A DNA stretch of 64,000 bases from Isoptericola halotolerans. Its GTDB lineage: Bacteria > Actinomycetota > Actinomycetes > Actinomycetales > Cellulomonadaceae. The translations under genes and the position numbers were made by a program. Every line of letters begins with the position of its first letter. Position 1 is the first letter of the stretch. The stretch is taken from contig NZ_JABEZU010000001.1 of the NCBI RefSeq assembly GCF_013149785.1, forward strand, positions 682,001-746,000, read 5' to 3'. The notes beneath the pieces were generated by a model, which was given only the letters and a program-made list of their open reading frames with translations, was not told the DNA's origin and ran no database searches. Below are positions 39,377 to 48,676 of the stretch, in pieces.

Positions 39377-40930
39377 ATGAGCACCGAGAACACGTCGCCG
39401 CAGGACCCGTCGCACGGGGAGCACCCGGTCGAGCAGCCCACCGCACCGTTGCACCCCGTCCACCAGCCTCAGCCCGCCCGGTTCGCGCACCCGGCCGCGC
39501 CGTCGTACCAGGCCCCGCCGCAGCAGGCCCCCCACGCGGGTGGTCCGCCGCCGGGGTACCCGACGGGCCAGGCGTACCCCACAGGGGGCCGGCCCCTGCC
39601 CGCTCCGTACGCCACGGCGGACGCCACGACGCAGCAGCGCCGGCGCTCGGCGTGGGGCCCGGTCGTGGCCGCCGCGGCCGGTGCCGCCGTCCTGGCGAGC
39701 GGTGCGACCTACGCGCTCACCGGGACGCTGGGGGGCGACGGCGTCGCGTCGCTCGCCGACGTGGGCACCCCGGAGCAGAGCACCACGGCGCCCGTGGCGA
39801 GCTCCAGCAACCAGAACCCCGACTGGCAGGCCGTCACGGCGGCCGTCGCGCCGTCCGTCGTCGCGATCCAGGTGTCCGGTCAGGGCGGCGGGTCCGAGGG
39901 CTCGGGCGTCGTCCTCGACGCCGAGGGTCACGTCCTGACGAACAACCACGTCGTCGCCGGCGCCTCCGACGGCGCGGTGCAGGTCACCCTCAGCGACGGC
40001 AGGCTGTACGCGGCGACGATCGTCGGCACCGACCCGACCACGGACCTCGCCGTCGTGCAGCTCGACGACGCGCCCGACGACCTCGAGCCTGCCACCTTCG
40101 GTGACTCCGACGCCGTGCAGGTGGGCGACTCGGTCCTCGCGGTCGGCAACCCGCTCGGCCTGGCGAACACGGCGACGACCGGCATCGTCTCCGCGCTGGA
40201 CCGGCCGGTGGCCGCCTCCGGAGACGACTCCGGAGAGGTCGTGGTGACGAACGCGATCCAGATCGATGCCGCGATCAACCCGGGCAACTCCGGTGGTCCG
40301 CTGTTCGACGCGCAGGGTCGCGTCGTCGGGATCACGTCCTCCATCGCCACGCTCTCGAACGGTGCGAACCAGTCGGGCTCGATCGGCCTCGGCTTCGCGA
40401 TCCCGGTCAACCTCGCGACGAACGTCGCCCAGCAGCTCGTCGAGGACGGCACGGCCGAGCACGCGTTCCTGGGCGTCTCGCTCGGGGACGCCACGGCGGA
40501 GGCCGACGGCGTCACGCGCCGCGGCGCCGAGGTCGGGCAGGTCACCGAGGGCTCGCCGGCCGCGGAGGCCGGTCTGCGACCGGGTGACGTCATCGTGGCC
40601 ATCGACGAGGACAGCGTCAACGGGGCGGAGTCCCTCACCGCCTACGTGCGCGAGCGCACGGCCGGGGAGCAGGCCACGATCACGTACGTCCGGGACGGTC
40701 GGACCCAGACGGCGGACGTGACCCTCGCGGTCCGCGAGGCGACCACCACCGGTTCCCAGGGCGGCTCCGACGGCTCGGGGCTGCCTGGGCAGGACGGGTC
40801 CGGCCAGCAGGGTCAGGGGTCCGACGAGGGCGGCTCGGACCAGGGCGGCTCGGACCAGGGCGGCGAGGGTTCCGACCCGACGCAGCCCGACAACATCCCG
40901 GACTGGTTGCACGACCTGTTCGGCAACTGA
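39377..40930 (+). CDS. HtrA/DegP-like S1C serine protease with PDZ domain
   Basis: TNNHVV, DLAVV, GNSGGPL triad; TM anchor; PDZ (AFLGV...GLRPGDVI). Confidence 0.95.
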   Translation: MSTENTSPQDPSHGEHPVEQPTAPLHPVHQPQPARFAHPAAPSYQAPPQQAPHAGGPPPGYPTGQAYPTGGRPLPAPYATADATTQQRRRSAWGPVVAAAAGAAVLASGATYALTGTLGGDGVASLADVGTPEQSTTAPVASSSNQNPDWQAVTAAVAPSVVAIQVSGQGGGSEGSGVVLDAEGHVLTNNHVVAGASDGAVQVTLSDGRLYAATIVGTDPTTDLAVVQLDDAPDDLEPATFGDSDAVQVGDSVLAVGNPLGLANTATTGIVSALDRPVAASGDDSGEVVVTNAIQIDAAINPGNSGGPLFDAQGRVVGITSSIATLSNGANQSGSIGLGFAIPVNLATNVAQQLVEDGTAEHAFLGVSLGDATAEADGVTRRGAEVGQVTEGSPAAEAGLRPGDVIVAIDEDSVNGAESLTAYVRERTAGEQATITYVRDGRTQTADVTLAVREATTTGSQGGSDGSGLPGQDGSGQQGQGSDEGGSDQGGSDQGGEGSDPTQPDNIPDWLHDLFGN

Positions 40931-41012
40931 TCCTCCACGCTCCCGCGGCGGCCCGGCGTCCCCCCTCGTCTGTCGCCACCGCGGGTGCCGACCGTGCCGC
41001 CTCACCTCGGTT

Positions 41013-41076
41013 CGGTCGGCAAGCCGCGGCCGGTTCGGCACGACTGCGTGCCGAACCGGCCGCGTCGTGCCGACCG
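41013..41076. repeat. Long inverted repeat (bidirectional terminator or REP-like element)
   Basis: 18-bp perfect stem 41025-41042/41047-41064 plus an outer 9-bp stem CGGTCGGCA/TGCCGACCG. Confidence 0.8.
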
Positions 41077-41110
41077 GATGCCTGGCTGCGCCGAGGCGCG
41101 CTGCGTCAGG

Positions 41111-42484
41111 TCAGGAGAGCCCGCCGAGGGCCCAGCTCATCGGGACCAGCTTCGCCTCCGACTCGGCCAGCTCGGCCTGCGGGTCGGACGCCGCGACGAT
41201 GCCGCAGCCGGCGAAGAGCCGGACGTGCCGGGGGTCCTCGCCGAGCTCGGCGGACCGCAGCGCGATGCCCCACTCGCCGTCGCCGTCGGCCCCCACCCAG
41301 CCGACCGGGCCGGCGTACCGGGAGCGGTCGATGCCCTCGATCTCACGGATGAGGTCGCGGGCCGCCGTCGTCGGGGTGCCGCACACCGCGGCCGAGGGGT
41401 GCAGGGCGGCGGCCAGTGTCAGCGAGCTGGCGTGCGTCGCGGGGTCGAGCACGGCCGTGACGTCGGACGCGAGGTGCATGACGTTGGGCAGGTGCAGCAC
41501 GAAGGGTGCGTCCGGCACGTTCATCGAGGAGCAGAACGGTTCGAGCGCCCGTGCGACGGACCGGACCGCGTACTCGTGCTCCTCGAGATCCTTCGAGGAG
41601 CGGGCGAGCTGGGCGGCGTGCAGCAGCGCGTCGTCGTCGCTCATCCCGGGCTCGCGGCGGATGGTGCCGGCCAGCACCCGGGAGGTGACGAGGCCCTTCT
41701 CGCTGCGCACGAGCAGCTCGGGGGTGGCTCCCACCATCCCGGCGACGGAGAACGTCCAGCAGGAGGCGTACCCCGCGGCGAGGCGGGCCAGCACCCAGCG
41801 CGGGTCGACGGGCCGTTCGGTGGTGGCGAGCACCTCGCGGGCCAGGACGACCTTGTCGAGCTCGCCCGCCTGGATGCGCTCCACGCCCTCGGCGACGACG
41901 GCGGGCCAGTCACGGGCGGCGACCGCACCGTCGGCGAACCTCACCCGGCCGGGGCTCGTCACCGTTTCGCGCACGGTGCGGGCGAGTGCCTCGGACCCCG
42001 GGGCGTCGAGCTGGTCGGCGGGGGAGACGGTCGTCATCCACGACACGTCCCCGCGCCGGCCGACGACCACGCGGGGCACGATGAGCGAGCCCTCCGGCCG
42101 GGCGCCGTCGAAGTGGTCGCCGGCGCCGTCGTCGAACGCGAAGGTACCGAAGGCGACCGGGCCCGTGCCCGGCAGCCGGACCTCGTCGCGCACGACGGCG
42201 CGGTCCAGGGTCGCGCGCCAGGCGGCCTCGGCGTCCGCGAACCGCCCGGGGCCGAAGCTGTCCAGGCGGAGCGCCTCCCCCCAGCCGACGAGACCGTCCC
42301 CGCGACGCACCCAGGTGAGCGGGCGGGTGTCGGGGAGCAGGTCGACCAGTGCGGTGAGGTCGGCGGGCAGCGGGTCGATGCGGGTGGTGCGCACGACGAG
42401 CGGCTGCGGCTCGGGGGCCGGTGCGCGGCTGCCGGTGGACGCGCCCGACGGCGGGACCGGCGCCGGGTGGGGCGTGGCGGACAT
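41111..42484 (-). CDS. menF: Isochorismate synthase
   Basis: KVVLAR, GATPELL, LAGT, KDLEEH, LHPSAAVCGTP, YAGPVGW, FAGCGIV; menaquinone context. Confidence 0.9.
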   Translation of the reverse strand: MSATPHPAPVPPSGASTGSRAPAPEPQPLVVRTTRIDPLPADLTALVDLLPDTRPLTWVRRGDGLVGWGEALRLDSFGPGRFADAEAAWRATLDRAVVRDEVRLPGTGPVAFGTFAFDDGAGDHFDGARPEGSLIVPRVVVGRRGDVSWMTTVSPADQLDAPGSEALARTVRETVTSPGRVRFADGAVAARDWPAVVAEGVERIQAGELDKVVLAREVLATTERPVDPRWVLARLAAGYASCWTFSVAGMVGATPELLVRSEKGLVTSRVLAGTIRREPGMSDDDALLHAAQLARSSKDLEEHEYAVRSVARALEPFCSSMNVPDAPFVLHLPNVMHLASDVTAVLDPATHASSLTLAAALHPSAAVCGTPTTAARDLIREIEGIDRSRYAGPVGWVGADGDGEWGIALRSAELGEDPRHVRLFAGCGIVAASDPQAELAESEAKLVPMSWALGGLS

Positions 42485-42561
42485 CGGCCCCAGGATACGC
42501 CGCGGGTGGCGTCCTGCTCTCGTGCCGGCGGCCGGCCAGGGGGTGCGCACGGCACCACCGC

Positions 42562-43191
42562 TCAGACCGTCCGGTAGACCCGACGCCCCTCGCCCGGGGT
42601 GAAGCCCGCCCGGACGTAGGCGTCGAGCAGGGCGTCGTCACCCGCGGCGGCCACGACGACGTCGCCCGCGGGCAGGTCCTCGACCAGCCGTCGGGCCAGC
42701 AGCACCGCCGAGAGCCTCGTGCCCGGGCGCTGGGCGAGCGCGGCGAGCTGCCAACGCCGTCCGCGCGGTGTCTCGTCGCCCACCGGTGACACGCCGACGG
42801 CGCTGCCCGAGACCGAGATGACCGCCCCTCCGACGAGCACCCACACCACGGGCGCGTAGGCGCTCAGCACCACGGCCAGCACCCCGCCGTCCGGGAAGAC
42901 CAGGGATCCGAGGAACCCGAACAGGGCCGCGAACGGCACCAGCACGAGCACGGCGAGAGCGATCTCCAGCGCGGGCCGCCACCTGGCCAGGACGACCATG
43001 CCGTCGCCGTCGGGCGAGGAGTACACCGACCGCGTCAGCGCGGAGGGCGCCAGCGCGGCGAGACAGCCGACCACGGCGACCACGGCCGCCGGGCGGGAGC
43101 CCGTGAAGGCCCGTGCCATGAGCCACGCGAGCCGGGGGACCTGCCTCATCCGTGTCGGTGACGGCCGTCGGCGGTATGGCTCGGTGTTCAC
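42562..43191 (-). CDS. Hypothetical membrane protein with a possible degenerate GNAT-like C-terminus
   Basis: Three hydrophobic segments; C-terminal LLDAYVRAGF; start uncertain. Confidence 0.6.
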   Translation of the reverse strand: MNTEPYRRRPSPTRMRQVPRLAWLMARAFTGSRPAAVVAVVGCLAALAPSALTRSVYSSPDGDGMVVLARWRPALEIALAVLVLVPFAALFGFLGSLVFPDGGVLAVVLSAYAPVVWVLVGGAVISVSGSAVGVSPVGDETPRGRRWQLAALAQRPGTRLSAVLLARRLVEDLPAGDVVVAAAGDDALLDAYVRAGFTPGEGRRVYRTV

Positions 43192-43448
43192 ACGACCGAT
43201 CCTGGCAGACCGGGCGTGACCGCGGTCGCGGAGGTGCGGATGGCCGGCCGGTGACGCCGCCGTGGACGCTCGGTGGCGCCGTCGTGCCTGGTGACGGGGG
43301 TCCTGCCTGTCGATGAACCTTGCTCGAAGCATCCGACGGCAATGGTGCAAAAGCCGTATATCGCACCTCGACGACGGTCGTTCCGACCTAGGCTCCGAAC
43401 AGCCGAACGGCCGAGCACACCACCCCTTCTGCGAAGCGGATCCCAGTC

Positions 43449-44438
43449 TTGACCACCGTCATCACGCCGGACGCCGACGCCGTCCCCGCAGCCTCCAGGC
43501 CTCCGGGCGACCGGCCACGCCCGCCCGCCCCCCGCCGTCCTGCGACGCGCCGATCGTCGGCGCGCCGCCGCCGTCGTGCTCTGTGGTGGGCGCTGCTGCT
43601 GGCCGGCCCGAACGTCCTGCTGCTGCTCGTCTTCACCTACCGGCCGCTGGTCGAGAGCTTCTACCTGTCGACCCTGCAGTGGAACCTCGGGGCGCCGTCG
43701 GCGCGGTTCGTCGGCCTGGGCAACTACGTCGAGTGGTTCGCCGCCCCGACCACCGGCCGGGTGGTCACGACCACCGTCGTCTTCACGGTCGCCACCGTCG
43801 GAGGTGCCCTGGTGCTCGGGCTCGGGCTCGCCCTGCTGCTGAACCGCCGTCTGGTGGGGCGCACCGTCGCCCGGACGGTGGCCTTCGCCCCGTACGTGCT
43901 GTCCGGCTTCGCCGTCGGCATCCTGTGGCTGTTCATCTTCGACCCGCGCTACGGGCTGCTCCAGGAGCTGTTGGGCCGGGTCGGTCTGTCGTCACCCGCC
44001 TGGTACACCGAGCGCCCCTGGCCGCTGGTCATGGTGATCGTCGTCTACCTGTGGAAGAACCTCGGGTACGTCGCCCTCATCTACCTCGCCGGGCTGCAGT
44101 CCGTCCCGCAGGACCTGCGGGACGCGGCGGCGCTCGACGGCGCCAGCCCTGCCCGGACGCTGCGGTCGGTCGTCCTGCCGCTGCTGACCCCGACGACGTT
44201 CTTCCTGCTGGTGACGATGCTGCTCGCCTCGCTGCAGTCCTTCGACATCATCAAGGCGATGACGCAGGGCGGGCCGCTCGGCTCGACCACGACGCTCATG
44301 TACTCGATCTACGAGGAGGGATTCGTCAACGGCCGGGCGGGATACGCCTCGGCCGTGGCCACGATCCTGTTCGTCTCGCTGCTCGTCGTCACCGCGGTCC
44401 AGCTGCGCTACGTCCAACGGAAGGTCCACTACGCATGA
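43449..44438 (+). CDS. Carbohydrate ABC transporter permease (UgpA-like)
   Basis: FVGLGNY, EAA-like DAAALDGA, GGPLGSTTT. Confidence 0.92.
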   Translation: MTTVITPDADAVPAASRPPGDRPRPPAPRRPATRRSSARRRRRALWWALLLAGPNVLLLLVFTYRPLVESFYLSTLQWNLGAPSARFVGLGNYVEWFAAPTTGRVVTTTVVFTVATVGGALVLGLGLALLLNRRLVGRTVARTVAFAPYVLSGFAVGILWLFIFDPRYGLLQELLGRVGLSSPAWYTERPWPLVMVIVVYLWKNLGYVALIYLAGLQSVPQDLRDAAALDGASPARTLRSVVLPLLTPTTFFLLVTMLLASLQSFDIIKAMTQGGPLGSTTTLMYSIYEEGFVNGRAGYASAVATILFVSLLVVTAVQLRYVQRKVHYA

Positions 44439-45319
44439 CCGCGCTCACGAGCCAGTCGCCCGCCGCGCCTCCGGACGCAGCACCCGCGGTCCGTCGCCGC
44501 CGTGGCCGGCCGCAGGTCGGCAGCCACCTCACGATGCTCCTTGCGACCGTCGTGCTCGGTGCGCCCCTGGTCTGGATGGCGCTGGCGAGCCTCAAGACCT
44601 CCGAGGAGCTGTACCGGCGGCCGTTGCAGTGGCTGCCCGGTCAGGTCTCCTTCGACAACTACGCCCAGGCGGCCGCCACCGTCCCCCTGGGTCAGCTGCT
44701 GGCCAACAGCGTCGGGCTGACGGTCGCGGGGGCGGGGCTCAAGGTCCTGCTGGGCCTGTGCTGCGCCTACGCGCTGGTGTTCCTCGACTTCCCCGGCAAG
44801 AAGGTCGTGTTCGGGATCGTCATCGCCACCCTGATGATCCCGCCGCAGATCACGATCATCCCCAACTACACGCTCGTGGCCTCCCTCGGCTGGCTCAACA
44901 CCTACCAGGGGATCCTCGTGCCAGGGCTCGCCAGCGCGTTCGGCACCTTCCTGTTCCGGCAGCACTTCCTCACGCTGCCGCGGTCGATCCTCGAGGCCGC
45001 CGAGCTCGACGGGGCAGGCCACTGGCGCAAGCTGTGGCGGTTCGTGGTGCCGATGTCCGCACCGACGCTGGCCGCCGTCGCGCTCGTCTCGGTGGTCGCC
45101 GAGTGGAACGACTACCTGTGGCCGTTCCTGGTGGTCGACGACCCCGCCAAGATGACGCTGCCGGTCGGGCTGACCCTGCTGCAGAACATCGACGGCATGA
45201 CCAGCTGGGGCGTGCTGCTGGCCGCCACCGTCGTCGTGACCCTGCCGATCCTGCTGGTCTTCCTCGTCCTGCAACGACGGCTCGTCGCCGGGCTGACGGC
45301 CGGAGCCGTCACCGGCTGA
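44435..45319 (+). CDS. Carbohydrate ABC transporter permease (UgpE-like)
   Basis: EAAELDGA, WNDYLWP, TLPVGL; ATGA overlap. Confidence 0.92.
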   Translation: MTALTSQSPAAPPDAAPAVRRRRGRPQVGSHLTMLLATVVLGAPLVWMALASLKTSEELYRRPLQWLPGQVSFDNYAQAAATVPLGQLLANSVGLTVAGAGLKVLLGLCCAYALVFLDFPGKKVVFGIVIATLMIPPQITIIPNYTLVASLGWLNTYQGILVPGLASAFGTFLFRQHFLTLPRSILEAAELDGAGHWRKLWRFVVPMSAPTLAAVALVSVVAEWNDYLWPFLVVDDPAKMTLPVGLTLLQNIDGMTSWGVLLAATVVVTLPILLVFLVLQRRLVAGLTAGAVTG

Positions 45320-45409
45320 CCGGAGACGCCCCCCGATTCCTGCCCGCGGTCGCGGTGCAGGCGACCGAGCGCTCGTGGCTCGGCCGAACCTCTCACCGAA
45401 GGAGCACCC

Positions 45410-46783
45410 GTGCCACACCCCTCCGCCCGGACCCGTCCTGCCCGGCGTACCCCGTCGCGTGCCCTGACGGCCACCCTCGGCGCCACGACAGCCCTCACCC
45501 TCGCCGCGTGCGCCGGCCCGACCGTCGGGGCGACCTCCGGCGACGACGCGCCCGGCGAGGCCGTGGACTGGGCCCAGGTCCAGCCGGCGACCGAGATCAC
45601 CTTCTGGAGCAACCACCCCGGTCAGTCCCAGGAGGTCGAGCAGGACATCATCGACGCGTTCGAGGCCGAGACGGGCATCGCCGTGCAGCTCGTGACCGCG
45701 GGCGCGAACTACGACGAGGTCGCGCAGCGTTTCCAGGCCGCCTCCCAGACCGACGAGATGCCCGACGCCGTCATCGCCTCCGACGTGTGGTGGTTCCGGT
45801 ACCACCTCAACGACCAGATCATCCCGCTCGACGACGTCCTGGAGCACCTGGACGCCGGTGCGGACGACTTCCAGCCGGCGCTGTACTCCGACTACGAGTA
45901 CGACGGGCAGCACTGGGCGGTGCCCTACGCCCGGTCGACGCCGTTGTTCTACTACAACCGGGACCTGTGGGAGGCGGCCGGCCTGCCCGACCGCGGCCCG
46001 GAGACGTGGGCCGAGCTGGAGGAGTGGAGCACGGACCTGCAGGCAGAGCTCCCCGACGACGGGTCCGCCCTCGGGCTGTCCACCGGACCCTCCTGGGGCG
46101 CCTGGTGGTTCGAGAACATGATCTGGGGGCACGGCGGCGCCTACTCCGACGGGTTCGACCTCACCCTGGACACCCCGGAGTCGATCGCCGGCGGTGAGTT
46201 CCTGGCCGACCTGTTCGGTGACTCGGGGGTGGCGACGCTCTCCTCGGACGACGCGATGGCGGACTTCTCCTCCGGTCTGATCGCCTCGACGATCGGGTCC
46301 ACCGGATCGCTCACGGGAGCCCTGGAGGCCGCCGCGTTCGAGGTCGGCACGGCCTACCTGCCCGACGGGCCGGCCGGGGGCGGCACCCCGACCGGAGGGA
46401 CGGGTGTCGCGGTCTCGGCGTCGTCCACGCCGGAGGAGCAGCTCGCCGCGGCGATGTTCGTCGACTTCCTGACGAACACCGAGAACACGTCGAACTACTC
46501 GCAGAGCACCGGGTACATGCCGGTGCGCACCTCGGCGGTGGAGAGCGAGGCCATGCAGGAGATCTACGAGTCCACGCCGCAGTTCCGCACCGCCGTCGAC
46601 CAGCTCGCCGACAAGGCGCGTCCCCAGGACGACGCCCGCGTGTTCATCCCCGGGGCTGACGCGCTGCTCAACGAAGCGATCGAACGGATCGTCATCGAGG
46701 GCGCGGACCCCGCCGAGGCGTTCGGGTCGGTGGCCCCGCGCATCGAGACGGCGTACACCGAGAACGTGGAGCCCTACCTGTGA
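45410..46783 (+). CDS. ABC substrate-binding lipoprotein (UgpB-like, glycerophosphodiester/G3P)
   Basis: Lipobox [30 protein letters not shown]; adjacent to a GDPD gene. Confidence 0.9.
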   Translation: MPHPSARTRPARRTPSRALTATLGATTALTLAACAGPTVGATSGDDAPGEAVDWAQVQPATEITFWSNHPGQSQEVEQDIIDAFEAETGIAVQLVTAGANYDEVAQRFQAASQTDEMPDAVIASDVWWFRYHLNDQIIPLDDVLEHLDAGADDFQPALYSDYEYDGQHWAVPYARSTPLFYYNRDLWEAAGLPDRGPETWAELEEWSTDLQAELPDDGSALGLSTGPSWGAWWFENMIWGHGGAYSDGFDLTLDTPESIAGGEFLADLFGDSGVATLSSDDAMADFSSGLIASTIGSTGSLTGALEAAAFEVGTAYLPDGPAGGGTPTGGTGVAVSASSTPEEQLAAAMFVDFLTNTENTSNYSQSTGYMPVRTSAVESEAMQEIYESTPQFRTAVDQLADKARPQDDARVFIPGADALLNEAIERIVIEGADPAEAFGSVAPRIETAYTENVEPYL

Positions 46784-47532
46784 CGATGACCGACGTGCTG
46801 CCCCTCGTGGTGGCGCACCGGGGCAACAGCTCCGTGGCCCCCCAGAACACGCTCGCCGCCTTCGAGGCGGCGCTGAGGGTCGGCGTGCACAGCATCGAGC
46901 TGGACCTGCACCTCTCGGCGGACGGCGAGGTGGTGGTGATCCACGACGAGACCGTGGACGCCACCACCTCGGGCAGCGGCGCGGTGCGCGAGCTCGACGT
47001 GGGCGGCGTGCGGGCGCTGGACGCCGGCGCCTGGTTCGCCCCGGCCTTCGCCGGTCAGCGGGTGCCGCTGTTCACCGAGGTGGTCGACCTGGTCGCGGCG
47101 CGCGGCGGGGCCGAGCTCCTCGTCGAGCTCAAGGGCGTCTGGAGCGCTGCCGAGGCGCGGCAGGTGACCGAGGTGCTCGCCGCCGCCGGGCTCACGGGCC
47201 GGGCGGTCGGGCAGAGCTTCTGGCCCGAGACGGTCGCCGCGCTCCGCGAGGCCGACCCGGCCCTGCGGCGCGGCCTGCTGGTCGCGGCCGTCGACGACGG
47301 CCTGCTGGGTCTGTGTGCCGAGCTCGGGGTGACCATGTGCAACCCGGCGGGTCCCGTGCTGCACGACGACCCGACCCTGGTGGAGCGGCTCCACGCCGCC
47401 GGGCTGGAGGTCGCGGTGTGGACGCTCAACGAGCCCGCGCACTGGGCGCTCGCGGTCGCACTGGGTGTCGACCAGATCATCACCGACCGTCCGGACCGCC
47501 TGGCCGGGTGGCTCGCGCACCGAGCGGCGTGA
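46780..47532 (+). CDS. Glycerophosphodiester phosphodiesterase (UgpQ/GlpQ-like)
   Basis: AHRG, ELD, IHD, ELK, WTLN, ITD. Confidence 0.93.
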   Translation: MTMTDVLPLVVAHRGNSSVAPQNTLAAFEAALRVGVHSIELDLHLSADGEVVVIHDETVDATTSGSGAVRELDVGGVRALDAGAWFAPAFAGQRVPLFTEVVDLVAARGGAELLVELKGVWSAAEARQVTEVLAAAGLTGRAVGQSFWPETVAALREADPALRRGLLVAAVDDGLLGLCAELGVTMCNPAGPVLHDDPTLVERLHAAGLEVAVWTLNEPAHWALAVALGVDQIITDRPDRLAGWLAHRAA

Positions 47533-47570
47533 CGAGCGAGGACATGGCCTCGTCGTGGCACGATGAGGCC

Positions 47571-48266
47571 ATGTCCCGCGCCAGCCTGGAGAAGAACCCT
47601 GCCGAGGTCGCGTCGATGTTCGACGGGATCGCCCGGCGGTACGACCTGACCAACGACGTGATCTCGCTCGGGCAGGACCGCCGGTGGCGGCGTGCCACGG
47701 TCGCGGCGGTCGGCGCACGTCCCGGGGAGAAGGTGCTGGACCTGGCGGCCGGGACGGGCACCTCGAGCGAGCCGTTCGCGGACGCGGGCGCCGTCGTCGT
47801 CCCCTCCGACTTCTCGCTCGGCATGCTGCGCGTGGGCAAGGACCGCAGCGCCGACCTGCCGTTCGTCGCCGGGGACGCCACCCGGCTGCCGTTCGCCGAC
47901 GGGGCGTTCGACGCCGTGACCATCAGCTTCGGGTTGCGCAACGTCGTCGACACGGTCGCGGCGCTGCGCGAGATGCTGCGGGTCGTCCGACCGGGCGGGC
48001 GCGTGGTGATCTGCGAGTTCTCGCACCCCACCTGGATGCCGCTGCGGGCCGCCTACTTCGACGTGTTCCTTCGGGGGCTCCCGTCCGTCGCGGCCGCGGT
48101 CACGCGGGAGAAGGGCTCCTACGAGTACCTCGCGGAGTCGATCCGTGCCTGGCCCGACCAGGAGGCGCTGGGCCGGCTCATGCTGGACGCCGGGTGGGCG
48201 CGGGCGGGCTTCCGCAACCTGTCGGGCGGCATCGTCGCCCTGCACCGGGCGACGCGCCCCGCCTGA
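47571..48266 (+). CDS. menG: Demethylmenaquinone methyltransferase (MenG/UbiE)
   Basis: [35 protein letters not shown]. Confidence 0.96.
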   Translation: MSRASLEKNPAEVASMFDGIARRYDLTNDVISLGQDRRWRRATVAAVGARPGEKVLDLAAGTGTSSEPFADAGAVVVPSDFSLGMLRVGKDRSADLPFVAGDATRLPFADGAFDAVTISFGLRNVVDTVAALREMLRVVRPGGRVVICEFSHPTWMPLRAAYFDVFLRGLPSVAAAVTREKGSYEYLAESIRAWPDQEALGRLMLDAGWARAGFRNLSGGIVALHRATRPA

Positions 48267-48285
48267 GCGGCGGGGGCGCGGTGGG

Positions 48286-48444
48286 TCAGCCCTTGGCGAA
48301 CTCGGAGACCTTCTCCTGGACCCGCGGGTCGTTCCAGGTCTCCGTCGCCCAGCCCTTGGCCTGGTCGAGGGTCTCGCGGCCCTTCTCGGTGCCGAGGAAG
48401 TAGCCCAGGGCGGCGCCGAGGACGAGAGCGGTCGTTGCCTTCAT
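48286..48444 (-). CDS. Small YtxH-like membrane protein (52 aa; below the ORF track cutoff)
   Basis: MKATTALVLGAALGYFLGTEKGRETLDQAKGWATETWNDPRVQEKVSEFAKG*; GGAGG RBS. Confidence 0.82.
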   Translation of the reverse strand: MKATTALVLGAALGYFLGTEKGRETLDQAKGWATETWNDPRVQEKVSEFAKG

Positions 48445-48609
48445 GATGTGTGCCTCCGAGGTGATGGGTGGCGGGGCCGGGGTGTCCGCGGTGCCGGTCC
48501 GCTGCCCCGACCGTATGACGTGACCAGCCTCGACGCCACCGTCAGCGGCAGGGAAGGTATGCCTTCCTACACATCCGCCGTGGAACGTGACTAGAGTGAC
48601 GACCGAACG

Positions 48610-48627
48610 TTGTGACTGAGTTCACAA
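48610..48627. promoter_or_regulatory. Rex operator (ROP) upstream of menJ-nuo
   Basis: TTGTGAC-TGAG-TTCACAA, one mismatch to TTGTGAA-N4-TTCACAA, just downstream of a TAGAGT -10 (48592-48597). Confidence 0.8.
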
Positions 48628-48676
48628 GACGTCCTCGGCAAGGGAGTCGAGGTCTCACTTCGGGAGGAGGCGGGCA

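Noticed and set aside
43351..43448. PHO box upstream of the ugp-like operon
   Set aside because: No 11-bp-period GTTCA repeats; only an 8-bp-period repeat is visible.
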